A stretch of DNA of 64,000 bases from an uncultured Acidobacteriota bacterium (GCA_963720545.1 OY970399.1:1408001-1472000), one strand, 5' to 3'; positions 8,221 through 18,641 are shown, numbered from the stretch's first letter. Translations and numbers: made by a program. Notes: a model not told the origin generated them from the letters alone.

Positions 8221-10650
8221 CTACTGTGCCGCGAGCTGCTGCAGGACGCGTCGCGCACGCGCGAACCGCTCGCTGAGCTTCGGTATCGGCGCATCCTGGT
8301 AGCCGTCGCGCAGCTGGCGGTCGCCGACATCCATCCACTTCAACAGGTCGCCGGCGGCGGCGCGGGCGGCTTCGGGGTCGCGACTGCCCCTCGTGCCGAT
8401 CCAGATCGGGGCGGTGTGCGCGAAGAGGTCGCCGTCGGTGGCCGGCCAGGTGGCCGTGCCGCCGTGAGCGCGCGCCGCGAGCCAGCCGCCTGACGGCAGC
8501 GCGATTTCGCCGCGGTAGGCTTTGGTGCCCGCCGCATCCAGCCCGGGACGCGTTTCGACCACACGGCCGTTGACCAGGATCTCGACCCGCTCGACGGCGG
8601 TCGGGCTCGCAAGCGTCAGTGTCCAGGCTGCTTTCGCCGCTGGCGCTGCGACCCCGCCCGGCTCCTGGCCGGCCGCGCGCAGCAGCAGCAGCGGGCCGTT
8701 CGAGACGAAGCTGCGGCCGGCGCGCAATGCCGCGAGGTACGACTGCATCGTGAGCGGTCCGCGCGGCTTGACGAAGACGCGCGTGGAGCCGACCGGAATG
8801 GCGCGATAGAAGTTCGGAAAGGCGTCGGTGCCGCCGGTGGGCACGATGGGCAGGCCGAGGTTGAGGAGGCGATACCACAGGTCGCTGGTGCCGAGTTCGT
8901 CGGTCCAGAGGCATGCGACCTCGAGCCCGTCCAGGTCGCCGAGCACCGCATCGGGAATGAGCTCGAGCGGGATCTGCTTCAGGTTCTCGACCGAGGCCAA
9001 CGGCTCGCGCACCCGCACCGGATGGACGTAGAAGCCGAAACCGTTGCGGCGGCGGGCGAAGCGGAGCGCGTCGGCGTTCTCGCGATCGTCGCGGCCCAGC
9101 GACGGGTAACCCGGTCCCCAGTACCACGGCCAGAAGAGCTCGCCGGCGCCCACGAGGCCGATGTGGCCGAGGAAATGGGCGCGCACCTCCTGCGCGAACG
9201 CCATCAGCGGCGGGGTGCTGCGCGTGGCGCCCCAGAAGGAACGATCCTTGAACCGCGTGTGCAGGTTCGCGACCTGCGGCGTCGCGACGTCGAGATCCTC
9301 GCCGCGCAGGTGCGCCACGACGTCCTGGGGTTGTAGCCGATAGGGACCGCCGTAGTTGAGGTGCCAGTGGTGGTCGCCGGAGTAGTAGCCGAGCGCGCGC
9401 AGGTCGATGAGGCCGCGCAGGGCGACTCTCAGCTCCGCCCCGGCGCCGATGGCGCGCGCCGCCGCGGCGGTGAAGCCGCGCGTGGCGCGTGCGGTCACCG
9501 CACCTGCCGAGGGCACGGTGAAGGCAAGACGGCCCGGCGTCGCGACGTAGACGGCACCGCTCGAGGAGTCGAAGCGCGGCTGGCCGCCGTCGGGGAGAGC
9601 CGGATGGCCGCTCGCGTCGGTGACCGCGAGCCGCGCCGGCGACAGGACACCGTCGTAAGTCGTGACCACCGTGAGAGTGCGCGTCGGCACCCCCCAGTCC
9701 CAGCTTCGCGGCTCGAGATCCTCCGCGGCGCCGCCCCCCTGCGGGATGCGCATCAGGTGAAAGCGCTGCTGCGCGTCGGCATCGACGTAGTAGATCGCGT
9801 CACCCGCCGCCGAGAACGCGGGCTGGATCGGCAGGCGCGCCGAGTGCGCCAGCTGGATGAGCGCGCCGCCGCGCGGATCGAGCAGGAACAAGCCGTCGTC
9901 GTCGCCCAGCGGCAGGGTGACGGCCAGGCGCGAGCCGTCCGCGGCGAGCGCGGGACGCATCTGCGACGCGATCCATTCCTCGCGCACGGTCGTTCGCTTG
10001 CCGGTGCCGGTGTCGAGGGCCACGATGGCGTCGGCGCCGAGCCGCTGCTTCAGCACGAAATAGAGGACTCCGCCAGGCCCTGGTTGCGCTCGCAGTTCGA
10101 CGCCGGCGGCGTTCGTCACGCGCTCGGCGTTCGCGTGGCCTGGTGCCGCGCCGGACCGCAGCCGCCAGATGTCGATGTCGCCGGCAGCGCCCGACGAGTA
10201 GTAGAGCGTGCCGTCCGCGGCGTACGCCGGGTCGAGCTCCATCGCGGCGGTCTCGGCGAGCACGGTTTCCTTGCCCGACGCGAGCTCCAGCCCGACGATG
10301 CTCGTGTCTTGCCCCGTGTCGCGGACAAAGGCGAGCCGCGTGCCGTCGGGCGAGAACGCCGGGCGAAAGTCCATCGCCGCGCCACTCGTCACCCGGCGCG
10401 CAACGCGCTTCTCGAGATCCATGACCCACAGCCAGCCGCGCGCCGAGAACGCGAGCGAGCGGCCGTCTGGCGAGGGCGCCGGGTCGGACGGGCCGGCGTT
10501 CAGCACCGGCAGGTCGTAGCCCTCGAGATAGATCTGGTGGTTGTAGCCGCTGACCTTCGGGTAGCGGTTCGCGAACGGCGCGCCGTACGCGGCGGCGGCA
10601 GCCGCGGCCACCAGGACCGCGAGCGCCCCTAGTCGCGTAGGTATCCCCAG
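8221..10650 (-). CDS. TolB-like beta-propeller plus CehA/McbA-family (PHP-like) metallohydrolase
   Basis: PD40-like repeats (PAPSPDGRSLAF, PAFSPDGTRLAF); YYSGDHHWH, GHIG, GGTDAF, SFVSNGP. Start uncertain (CTG 10650 or GTG 10611). Confidence 0.75.
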   Translation of the reverse strand: MGIPTRLGALAVLVAAAAAAAYGAPFANRYPKVSGYNHQIYLEGYDLPVLNAGPSDPAPSPDGRSLAFSARGWLWVMDLEKRVARRVTSGAAMDFRPAFSPDGTRLAFVRDTGQDTSIVGLELASGKETVLAETAAMELDPAYAADGTLYYSSGAAGDIDIWRLRSGAAPGHANAERVTNAAGVELRAQPGPGGVLYFVLKQRLGADAIVALDTGTGKRTTVREEWIASQMRPALAADGSRLAVTLPLGDDDGLFLLDPRGGALIQLAHSARLPIQPAFSAAGDAIYYVDADAQQRFHLMRIPQGGGAAEDLEPRSWDWGVPTRTLTVVTTYDGVLSPARLAVTDASGHPALPDGGQPRFDSSSGAVYVATPGRLAFTVPSAGAVTARATRGFTAAAARAIGAGAELRVALRGLIDLRALGYYSGDHHWHLNYGGPYRLQPQDVVAHLRGEDLDVATPQVANLHTRFKDRSFWGATRSTPPLMAFAQEVRAHFLGHIGLVGAGELFWPWYWGPGYPSLGRDDRENADALRFARRRNGFGFYVHPVRVREPLASVENLKQIPLELIPDAVLGDLDGLEVACLWTDELGTSDLWYRLLNLGLPIVPTGGTDAFPNFYRAIPVGSTRVFVKPRGPLTMQSYLAALRAGRSFVSNGPLLLLRAAGQEPGGVAAPAAKAAWTLTLASPTAVERVEILVNGRVVETRPGLDAAGTKAYRGEIALPSGGWLAARAHGGTATWPATDGDLFAHTAPIWIGTRGSRDPEAARAAAGDLLKWMDVGDRQLRDGYQDAPIPKLSERFARARRVLQQLAAQ

Positions 10651-11909
10651 TTGTGCAGGCGGTCGCTGTCCTCGAGCCAGCGGTCGCCGATGTCCTTGCG
10701 GTAATACATGTTGGGAATCATGATGTTCTCGATGCGGTTGTAGGCCTGCCGCTGGGCCTGGCGCATGGTCGGCCCCAGACCGACGACGATCAGCACCACG
10801 CCCGAGGTGCCGGTGACCACCCACTCCTTGTTCTCGAGCTTCACGTCCTCGATGTGCACGCCCTCCTGGTTGGGCTTCTTGAAGATGATGACGGCGTCCT
10901 TCGAGGTGCGGTTGAAGGTGTTCGGGTCCTTGAACGGGAACGGCGGCACCACGATGCGCACGCCCACCTGGAAGCCGCTGCGCGCCTTGAAGCGCGTCAG
11001 CGTGCCCTCGGCGAGCTTGAAGAGGAACTCGCTGATCGGCGTGATCATGCCTTCCTGCTGGATGCTGATCGTCGGGTAGCCGAAGCGCGCGGTGAACTCG
11101 AGCGGGTAGATGCCGTTGCTGTTGACGATGCAGTTGACGTCCATGTAGCCGACGAAGCCCTCGTCGCGCAGCCGCGACTCCATCTTGCCCACCGTCTGGT
11201 TGAAGACGCGGTTCGGCTCGCTCCAGAACATCGAGGTGCCCATCTCACCGGTGGACGGGCCGATGTCGCCGGGAAACAGCTTCTTGTGCTCGAAGTTGAC
11301 GTTGATCGGCTCGACGAAGGTCTTGCCGTTGAAGAACGCGCCGGTCGCCACCTCGACGCCGATGATGCGCCGCTGCAGCTGGAACTCCATGCGCTTCTTC
11401 GACCAGACACGCTCGTAGTCCTCGAGCACCTGGATGACGTCCTTGCCGTCCTCGTCCTCGCCGACGAACAGCAGCTGCTTGGTGTTCTGCGCCTCGCCGC
11501 TCGGCTTGATGACGTAGCGGTTCGGGTTCGCCTTCACGTAGTCGATGGCGTCCTTGAACACCGTGAAGTTTTCCTGCGGGATGATCGCGACGCCGGCGGC
11601 GCGCAGCTCGCTCTGGCCGAAGGCGCGGTCGTCCTCGAGCCGGTCGGAGTAGGGCGAACCGCCGACCACCAGCTTGCCCTTCTCGCGCAGCTTCTGCGCC
11701 GCCTCGCCCTGGCCGAGGACGTCGTCGAAGACGATGACGTCGGCCCAGTCGACGTCTTTCTTCCAGTCCTTCGTCTTCGGCACGAAGCCGTCGCCGATCT
11801 CCTCTTCCTCCTCGGAGCCGATGAAGTAGCGGACCTCGTGGTCCTCCTTCACCACCTGCCACGCGATGTCGCTGATGAGCCCTTCGAGCGAGACGAAAAG
11901 GAATTTCAT
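10629..11909 (-). CDS. Divergent PurD-like ATP-grasp ligase (second copy)
   Basis: YVIKPSG, NFEHKKLFPGDIGPSTGEMG, PLEFTARFGYP, MYYRKDIG; lacks the canonical GxGGREHA N-terminus. ATG at 11909. Confidence 0.8.
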   Translation of the reverse strand: MKFLFVSLEGLISDIAWQVVKEDHEVRYFIGSEEEEEIGDGFVPKTKDWKKDVDWADVIVFDDVLGQGEAAQKLREKGKLVVGGSPYSDRLEDDRAFGQSELRAAGVAIIPQENFTVFKDAIDYVKANPNRYVIKPSGEAQNTKQLLFVGEDEDGKDVIQVLEDYERVWSKKRMEFQLQRRIIGVEVATGAFFNGKTFVEPINVNFEHKKLFPGDIGPSTGEMGTSMFWSEPNRVFNQTVGKMESRLRDEGFVGYMDVNCIVNSNGIYPLEFTARFGYPTISIQQEGMITPISEFLFKLAEGTLTRFKARSGFQVGVRIVVPPFPFKDPNTFNRTSKDAVIIFKKPNQEGVHIEDVKLENKEWVVTGTSGVVLIVVGLGPTMRQAQRQAYNRIENIMIPNMYYRKDIGDRWLEDSDRLHNWGYLRD

Positions 11910-12622
11910 GACGCGCCGAAATGTAGCACGGCGCGCAATGCGCGCCCCCAGGCGGGCGCGAACGCCGCCTTGAGGATCCAGTCGAGCGCGATGCCGGCGG
12001 CCGCGGCGGCAAGGTACTTGTGCGCGGCGGCGAGGCCGCCGTACTTGTACTTCAGGAGGCGCGAGAGCAGCGGCTCCGCCAGCACCGCGCCGAGCGTTGC
12101 GAACGCCGCGACGCGGCAGATGGCCCACGGCTGCCAGCCCAGGAACAGCACCGCCCACAGCGGCGCGCCGGCGCGATGCAGCGAGGCGACGTAGAAATTC
12201 ATGAAGTTCATGAGCACCGCCCCCATCAGGATGGCGCCGGCGCTGGCGCTCGCGAGCGCTATCGCGACGAAGATCGCGAGGTGCAGCAGGTGCTGGGGCA
12301 GGAACAGCCGCACGCTGCCTTCGCGGCCGATGCCGGTCGCGATCCAGGCGAACATCTCGTCGCGGTAGCCGACTCCGTTCAGCACGGTCGCGCCGGGCGG
12401 CGTCGGCCACAGCGAAAAGGCCAGGACACCCACGACCGCCATGGTCAGCGCCCAGGCAAGCATGGCGACGACGGCGCCGTGGCGATCGCCGCTGCGCAGC
12501 CGCTGCGTCATCGTCAGGTACGCCGGCAGCGCGTTCAGCGACGGCAGCAGCCACGGCGATCCGGACGCGAGTCCCAGCGGATAGGACAGCGCGGTCGCGA
12601 CCACCAGCGCCGGGATGCTCAC
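11906..12622 (-). CDS. Integral membrane protein of unknown function
   Basis: GTG at 12622 overlaps the pfkB stop; about 6 hydrophobic segments (VSIPALVVATALSYPLG...GWQPWAICRVAAF). Confidence 0.75.
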   Translation of the reverse strand: MSIPALVVATALSYPLGLASGSPWLLPSLNALPAYLTMTQRLRSGDRHGAVVAMLAWALTMAVVGVLAFSLWPTPPGATVLNGVGYRDEMFAWIATGIGREGSVRLFLPQHLLHLAIFVAIALASASAGAILMGAVLMNFMNFYVASLHRAGAPLWAVLFLGWQPWAICRVAAFATLGAVLAEPLLSRLLKYKYGGLAAAHKYLAAAAAGIALDWILKAAFAPAWGRALRAVLHFGAS

Positions 12623-13527
12623 TGCGCCTCGAACGACGTGAGCCGCTTGAGCAGCGCGTAGCGCTCGTCGATCTCGGCGCGAGTCAACCGCAGCAAGCGG
12701 TCGAGGCTGAACGCCTCGACGCAGAACGAGGCCATGGTCGTGCCCATGATGACCGCGCGGCGCAGCGCAGCATCGTCCAGCGCCTGGCTCGCGACCAGCG
12801 AGCCCATGAAGCCGCCGGCGAAAGTGTCGCCGGCGCCGGTCGGGTCGAACACCGCTTCGAGCGGAAAGGCGGGCGCCGCGAACGAGCCCTCCGGCGAGAA
12901 CATCAGCACACCGTGCTCGCCCTTCTTGACGATCAGGGTCTGCGGCCCGAGCGCGCGGATGGCGCGCGCCGCCTTGACGATGTTCCATTCGCCCGACAGC
13001 TCGCGCGCCTCGGCGTCGTTCACCAGCAGCACGTCCACCTGCCGCAGCGTCCGGCGCAGCTCGTCCGGCTTGCCGGCGATCCAGAAATTCATGGTGTCGC
13101 AGGCGACCAGCTTCGGTTTCGCCACCTGGTCGAGGACCGAGCGCTGCAGCGCCGGGTCGATGTTGCCGAGGAACACGTACTCCGAGTGGCGATAGGCCTC
13201 GGGAATCTTGGGCTCGAAGCCGGCGAACACGTTGAGGTCGGTGCGGATCGTGTCGCGCGAGTTGAGGTCGTACGAGTATTTGCCCTGCCAGTGGAAGGTC
13301 TCGCCGCTGGCGCGCTCCAGCCCTGCCGTGTCGATGCGGCGGCCGGCGAACGCCTGCATCTGTTGCTCGCCGAAATCGTCGCCCACCACGCCGACGAGGT
13401 TCACCGGCGTGAAGAAGGAGGCCGCCACCGCGAAGAAGGAGGCGCTGCCGCCCAACACTTTCTCGGCCTTGCCGAACGGGGTCTCGACGGTGTCGAACGC
13501 AACGCTGCCGACGACGAGGATGGCCAT
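12619..13527 (-). CDS. PfkB-family carbohydrate/nucleoside kinase
   Basis: VVGSVAFD, LGGSA, DPTGAGDTFAGG signature. Confidence 0.92.
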   Translation of the reverse strand: MAILVVGSVAFDTVETPFGKAEKVLGGSASFFAVAASFFTPVNLVGVVGDDFGEQQMQAFAGRRIDTAGLERASGETFHWQGKYSYDLNSRDTIRTDLNVFAGFEPKIPEAYRHSEYVFLGNIDPALQRSVLDQVAKPKLVACDTMNFWIAGKPDELRRTLRQVDVLLVNDAEARELSGEWNIVKAARAIRALGPQTLIVKKGEHGVLMFSPEGSFAAPAFPLEAVFDPTGAGDTFAGGFMGSLVASQALDDAALRRAVIMGTTMASFCVEAFSLDRLLRLTRAEIDERYALLKRLTSFEAQ

Positions 13528-13542
13528 GTCTCTCCCCCTGGC

Positions 13543-14406
13543 TTACTCGAAGTGCTTTGCGGCGATGAGGGCGAGCCGCTCGCGGGTCTGCGCGGGCACC
13601 AGGCCGGCGGCGGTGACGATGGCGGCGTCGAGTGCCGCGGCGCAGTCGCACTGCCGCGCATCCGGCAGGCTGCGCAGCACCGCGCGCAGCGCCGCCTGCG
13701 CGGTCGCCGCGTTCTCGTTGAGGACCGCGATCACCTGCGCCGCGGTGACGTCTTCATGGCCGGGATGCCAGCAGTCGTAGTCGGTGACGAGCGCGAGCGC
13801 CGCGTAGCAAAGCTGCGCCTCGCGCGCGAGCTTCGCTTCCGGGAGCGCGGTCATGCCGATGATGTCGAGCCCCCACGAGCGGTAGAGCAGCGACTCGGCG
13901 CGCGTCGAGAACTGCGGGCCGTCGATGCAGATGTAGGTGCCGCGCTCGTGCACCGTGGCGCCGGCGGCGCGCGCCGCGGCCGCCAGCACCGGTGCCAGCT
14001 GGGGGCACACGGGCTTGCCCATCGCGGCGTGGGCGGCGAGGCCGTCGCCGAAGAAACTGCTTTCACGGCGGCGGGTCCAGTCGACGAACTGGTCGGGAAC
14101 CACGACGTGGCGCGGCGCCATCTCTTCCTTGAGCGAGCCGACCGCCGACACCGAGACGATGCGCACCGCACCCAGCGACTTCAGCGCATGGATGTTGGCG
14201 CGGAAGTTCACCTCGTGCGGCAGGATGCGGTGGCCGCGCCCGTGGCGCGGCAGGAATGCGACGCGCTGCCCTTCGCACACTCCGGTGACGACGAGGTCGG
14301 AGGGGTCGCCGAACGGCGTGGGCACCGCATGCTCCTCGACTTCCGTCAGCCCGGCCATCTGGTACAGGCCGCTGCCGCCAATGATGCCGATGCGCGCGTC
14401 CGCCAT
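13543..14406 (-). CDS. mtnP: S-methyl-5'-thioadenosine phosphorylase
   Basis: IGIIGGSGLY, PRHGRGH, GPQFSTRAES, GMTALPEAKLAREA, VTDYDCW. Confidence 0.93.
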   Translation of the reverse strand: MADARIGIIGGSGLYQMAGLTEVEEHAVPTPFGDPSDLVVTGVCEGQRVAFLPRHGRGHRILPHEVNFRANIHALKSLGAVRIVSVSAVGSLKEEMAPRHVVVPDQFVDWTRRRESSFFGDGLAAHAAMGKPVCPQLAPVLAAAARAAGATVHERGTYICIDGPQFSTRAESLLYRSWGLDIIGMTALPEAKLAREAQLCYAALALVTDYDCWHPGHEDVTAAQVIAVLNENAATAQAALRAVLRSLPDARQCDCAAALDAAIVTAAGLVPAQTRERLALIAAKHFE

Positions 14407-14411
14407 GCGCG

Positions 14412-15263
14412 TCAGGCCGCCTCTTCAGCGAGCAGGTAGCGGCCTTTCGCCTCGCGCACACGGCCGAGCGGCGTGCGCACGTCGTGATAGAAGAGGATCC
14501 AATGGTCGTCGCGGGCGGCTTCCTGCAGCAAGCGCCGCTTTGCCTCGAGGCTGCCGAGCGGGAACAAGTCGTAGCCGGTCACCCACGCGAGCGGCAGGTG
14601 GCTCGCCGTCGGTAGCACATCGCTCGGGATCTGCAGGGTCACGCCGCCGTGCGTCACGCGCACCATCTGGTGGTACGGCGTGTGGCCGCCAATCGGCACC
14701 ACGCTGACGCCGGGCGCCACTTCCACCGTGCCCTGCACCGGCAGCAGCTGCTGGGCCTCGGCGAGCGGCAGGTAGTCGGCGTCCACGTAGGAGCCGCGGC
14801 TGCGCTCGTTGGGGCGGGTCGCGTCCTCCCACTCCCCCATCTGCACGATGTACTGCGCGTTCTCGAAGGTTGGCGTCGCGCGTCCGTCCACCAGGCGCGT
14901 GTTGCCGCCGGCATGGTCGAAGTGCAGGTGGGTGTTGACGACGATGTCGATGTCCGCGGGCGCGATGCCGATCGCCGCCAGCGACGACAGCAGGGTGGCA
15001 GAGCGGTCGATGCCGTAGCGCGCACGCTGCTTCTCGCTCCACTTGTCGCCGATGCCGGTGTCGACCAGGATCTTCTTGCCCGCGGTCTCGATGAAGGCGA
15101 CGTTGGTCGCGAGCGTGACGCGGTTGTGCGCGTCGGGCGGGTTGCCCTTTTCCCAGAGCGTGCGCGGCACCACGCCGAAAAGGGCGCCGCCGTCGAGCGC
15201 GAAGGTGCCGTCCGACAACACCCGTACACGGATGTCGCCGAGCTTCAGGCCGACTTTTTTCAT
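14412..15263 (-). CDS. MBL-fold metallo-hydrolase (YtnP-like)
   Basis: LDGGALFGVVP, THLHFDHAGG, GHTPYH, GYDLFP; ATG 15263 overlaps the thrC stop. Confidence 0.9.
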   Translation of the reverse strand: MKKVGLKLGDIRVRVLSDGTFALDGGALFGVVPRTLWEKGNPPDAHNRVTLATNVAFIETAGKKILVDTGIGDKWSEKQRARYGIDRSATLLSSLAAIGIAPADIDIVVNTHLHFDHAGGNTRLVDGRATPTFENAQYIVQMGEWEDATRPNERSRGSYVDADYLPLAEAQQLLPVQGTVEVAPGVSVVPIGGHTPYHQMVRVTHGGVTLQIPSDVLPTASHLPLAWVTGYDLFPLGSLEAKRRLLQEAARDDHWILFYHDVRTPLGRVREAKGRYLLAEEAA

Positions 15264-16576
15264 GGGTTGCCCAAGGATAGCAGCAGGCTGCTCAGCGCTT
15301 CGGCGCGCGGCTGCAGCGGCTGCGCGAGCACTGGACGGCCCAGGCATGCCTGAAGCGCGGCGGGTAGAGGCAGCTCGCGGCCGATGATCGGCTCCACCAC
15401 TTCCGGGAACTTCGCCGGGTGTGCGGTGGCGAGCACCACCCCGGTCGCGGGACCGTTGGCCTTGCGCCACGCCTCGAGCCCGAGCCATCCGACCGCCGTG
15501 TGCGGATCCATCACGTAATCGTGGCGCTGCGCCGCCGCGGCAATCGCGGCGCGGGTCCCGGCGTCGTCGTGGGCGCTGCCGAAGACGTCGGCGCCGATGG
15601 CGGCAGCATCGCCGCCGTAGAGCGCCTGGATGCGCGCGAGGTTGCTGGGCGTGCCCACGTCCATCGCGTTCGAGATCGTGCGCGTCGACGGCCGCGGCCG
15701 GTAGTTGCCGGTGCGCAGGTACTCCGGCACGACGTCGTTGGCGTTGGTCGCGGCGACGAAGCCGTCGATCGGCGCGCCCATGCGCTTGGCGATGAGGCCG
15801 GCGGCGAGGTTGCCGAAGTTGCCGCTCGGCGTCGAGAAGATCAGCGGACGCGGCGCCGCGCGCAGCGCGATCGCGGCGTGCCAGTAGTACCAGACCTGCG
15901 GCAGCAGCCGCCCGATGTTGATCGAGTTGGCGGAGCTGAGCGAGAGCCCGGCGAGCTGCGGGTCGGCAAACGCGGCTTTCACCAGCCGCTGGCAGTCGTC
16001 GAAGGTGCCCGAGACCGCGAGCGCCGTGACGTTGCCGCCGAGCGTCGCGAACTGCGCCTCCTGCAGTCGGCTCACCTGTCCCTGCGGGTAGAGCACCACG
16101 ACGCGCACGCGCTCGAGCCCGAAGAACGCGTGCGCCACGGCGCTGCCGGTGTCGCCCGAGGTCGCAACCAGCACCGTGAGCGGCTCGCCGCCGCGCAGCG
16201 TGCGCGCCAGCCGCGCGAGGACGCGCGCGCCGACGTCCTTGAAGGCGAGGGTCGGACCGTGGAACAGCTCGAGGATGTGGGTGTCGCCGCCGGCAGCGGC
16301 GTCGCGAGTCAGCCGCACCAACGGCACGTCGAAGTCGAGCGCTGCGTGCGCGAGGCGCGTGAGCGTGCCGGCGTCGAGCGACGACACCAGCTGGCGGGCG
16401 CCGACGAACGCAGCGGTGCCGGCGAACGAGCTGTCCTCGAGATCGCGCACGGCGTCGGGATCGATCGCCACGATGCGCTCCGGCATGTAGAGGCCGCCGT
16501 CCGGAGCCAGGCCCTGCGCCACGGCCGTGGCCAGGTCAACCGGCGGCGCGGCCCCGCCGGTGCTGACGAACCTCAC
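15260..16576 (-). CDS. thrC: Threonine synthase
   Basis: GLAPDGGLY, LFHGPTLAFKD, ATSGDTG, SANSINIGR, PSGNFGN, ATAHPAKF. Confidence 0.95.
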   Translation of the reverse strand: MRFVSTGGAAPPVDLATAVAQGLAPDGGLYMPERIVAIDPDAVRDLEDSSFAGTAAFVGARQLVSSLDAGTLTRLAHAALDFDVPLVRLTRDAAAGGDTHILELFHGPTLAFKDVGARVLARLARTLRGGEPLTVLVATSGDTGSAVAHAFFGLERVRVVVLYPQGQVSRLQEAQFATLGGNVTALAVSGTFDDCQRLVKAAFADPQLAGLSLSSANSINIGRLLPQVWYYWHAAIALRAAPRPLIFSTPSGNFGNLAAGLIAKRMGAPIDGFVAATNANDVVPEYLRTGNYRPRPSTRTISNAMDVGTPSNLARIQALYGGDAAAIGADVFGSAHDDAGTRAAIAAAAQRHDYVMDPHTAVGWLGLEAWRKANGPATGVVLATAHPAKFPEVVEPIIGRELPLPAALQACLGRPVLAQPLQPRAEALSSLLLSLGNP

Positions 16577-17527
16577 CTAGCCGTTCTCGACGAGCCGCGC
16601 GCCGGGAGCCCCCACGGGCGAGACGATCACGTCGGCGGGCACGCCGGCGGCTTCGGCGAGCGCCGAGCGCATGGCATCGCCCACCCAGCGCGCGAGGTGC
16701 TCGGTGTGGCAGAGCGCGAAGATCGACGGTCCCGACCCCGAGAGGCTGCAGCCGAGGGCGCCCGCGCGCAGCGCCGCGCCCTTGACGGCCGCGAAGCCGG
16801 GCACGAGCGTCGCGCGCTTGGCTTCGGCGATCTCGTCCACCAGCACGCTCGCGAGCAGGTCCATGTCGTCTTCGTAGAGGGCGGCGACCAGAGCGCCGAC
16901 CCGCCCGGCTTGCGCCACCGCCGCCACCAGCGGGACGGTATCGCCAAGGAGCGCGCGCGCCTCGGAGGTGCGCAGTTCCAGCTGCGGGTGCAGCACGGCG
17001 CAGCACAGGCCATCGGGCACCGGCAGGCGCACCACCTCGGGCGCCGAGGGCGTGCCGTGCAGCAGCACGAAGCCGCCGAGCAGCGATGGCACCACGTTGT
17101 CGCCGTGCGCGGCGCCGGAGGCCACGAGACGCTCGGCCTCGATCGCGGAGCGGATCATCACCGCCTGGGTTGCGCCGAGATCGAGCGCGGCGTCGGCGGC
17201 CACCACTGCCGCCACCGCGCTGGCGGCGCTGCTGCCGAGGCCGCTCGCGAGCGGAATGCCCTTGCGCACCCGCAGCGCCACACCGGCGGTGGACTGCATC
17301 TCCTTCAGCAGGTGCGCGACGGCCACCGATGCGGTGTTGGCCGTCGCGTCCTTCGAGAGACGGCCGCCCTCGCCGACGACGCTCTCGAGCACCACTCCAG
17401 GGTTGCCGCGCGGCGTCGCCAGCACCTCGTCGCCCAGGCCATCGAGTGCGAAGCCGAGAACGTCGAAGCCGCAGGCGACATTCGACACCGAGGCGGGCGC
17501 CCAGGCGCGCGCCGGGTTGCCGCTCAT
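16577..17527 (-). CDS. thrB: Homoserine kinase
   Basis: APASVSNVACGFDVLG, IPLASGLGSSAAS, HGDNV, SGSGPS; ATG 17527. Confidence 0.95.
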   Translation of the reverse strand: MSGNPARAWAPASVSNVACGFDVLGFALDGLGDEVLATPRGNPGVVLESVVGEGGRLSKDATANTASVAVAHLLKEMQSTAGVALRVRKGIPLASGLGSSAASAVAAVVAADAALDLGATQAVMIRSAIEAERLVASGAAHGDNVVPSLLGGFVLLHGTPSAPEVVRLPVPDGLCCAVLHPQLELRTSEARALLGDTVPLVAAVAQAGRVGALVAALYEDDMDLLASVLVDEIAEAKRATLVPGFAAVKGAALRAGALGCSLSGSGPSIFALCHTEHLARWVGDAMRSALAEAAGVPADVIVSPVGAPGARLVENG

Positions 17528-18627
17528 GCTGTGGCGGGCGCCGCGGTGGCGGGAGCGGCAGCGCGCAGCAGCCCGCGGCTCATCGCCAGCTCGGCCACCA
17601 GGATCGCGCCGCCCGCGGCGCCGCGCACGGTGTTGTGCGAAAGCGCCACGAACTTGTGGCCGAAGTTGGCGCACGGCCGCAGCCTGCCGATGCTCGTCGC
17701 CATGCCGCCCTCGAGGTCGCGATGCAACCGCGGCTGCGGCGCGTCGTTGCGCTCGTGGTAGTGGATGGGGCGCTGCGGCGCCGACGGCAGGCCCAGCTCC
17801 TGCGGCTCGGCGCGGAAGTCTTCCCAGGCGGCGCGGATCTCGGCGGCGCTCGCCTTGCGCTCGGTCTCGACCGAGATCGCGAGCGTGTGGCCGTCGATCA
17901 CCGCGACCCGGTGGCAGGCCGCGCTCACCACGATGCTCGCGTCCTTGAAGGCCTTGCCGTCGAACTCGCCGAGGATCTTGAGCGTCTCGCGCTCGATCTT
18001 TTCCTCCTCGTCGGCGATGTACGGAATGACGTTGTCGAGGATCTCGAAGCTCGGCACGCCCGGCAGCCCCGCGCCGGAAACCGCCTGCAGGGTGACGACG
18101 TGCACGCGCCGCAGGCCGAATGCGTCGGCGATCGGCTTCAGCGCCAGCACGATGCCGATCGTCGAGCAGTTGGGGTTCGTGAGGATGGCACCCGTCCCAT
18201 ACTGCTGCAGGCTCGCGGCCGCAAGGTGTTCGGCGTTCACCTCCGGCACCAGCAGCGGCACGTCGGCGTCGTAGCGATGGCTCTTCGCATTCGAGACCAC
18301 GACCACCCCGGCACGCGCGAACGCCGCTTCCGCGGGGCCGGCGGCGGCGGCGTCCATCGCCGAAAACGCGAGCGGCACCGCGAACGGCTCGGTCGGCAGC
18401 AGCGGCATCGCGGCGATCTCGCGCGGCAGCGGGGCCTGCTGCAGCCAGCGCACCGCCTCACCGTAAGGCTTGCCCGCCGAGCGCTCCGAAGCCGTCAGGT
18501 GCGCGATTTTGAACCACGGGTGGTTCGCAAGCAGCGAGACGAAGCGCTGCCCGACGCTGCCGGTCGCGCCCAGGATCGCGACTGGAATCCGCCCACCCAC
18601 CCCCGATACGCCGCTCACAGTAGTCAT
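17524..18627 (-). CDS. asd: Aspartate-semialdehyde dehydrogenase (archaeal/eukaryote-like subtype)
   Basis: GATGSVGQRF, ASERSAGKPY, VPEVN, TNPNCST, QAVSGAG, HNTVRGAAG; ATG 18627. Confidence 0.95.
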   Translation of the reverse strand: MTTVSGVSGVGGRIPVAILGATGSVGQRFVSLLANHPWFKIAHLTASERSAGKPYGEAVRWLQQAPLPREIAAMPLLPTEPFAVPLAFSAMDAAAAGPAEAAFARAGVVVVSNAKSHRYDADVPLLVPEVNAEHLAAASLQQYGTGAILTNPNCSTIGIVLALKPIADAFGLRRVHVVTLQAVSGAGLPGVPSFEILDNVIPYIADEEEKIERETLKILGEFDGKAFKDASIVVSAACHRVAVIDGHTLAISVETERKASAAEIRAAWEDFRAEPQELGLPSAPQRPIHYHERNDAPQPRLHRDLEGGMATSIGRLRPCANFGHKFVALSHNTVRGAAGGAILVAELAMSRGLLRAAAPATAAPATA

Positions 18628-18641
18628 GGATCGGCGGGATT

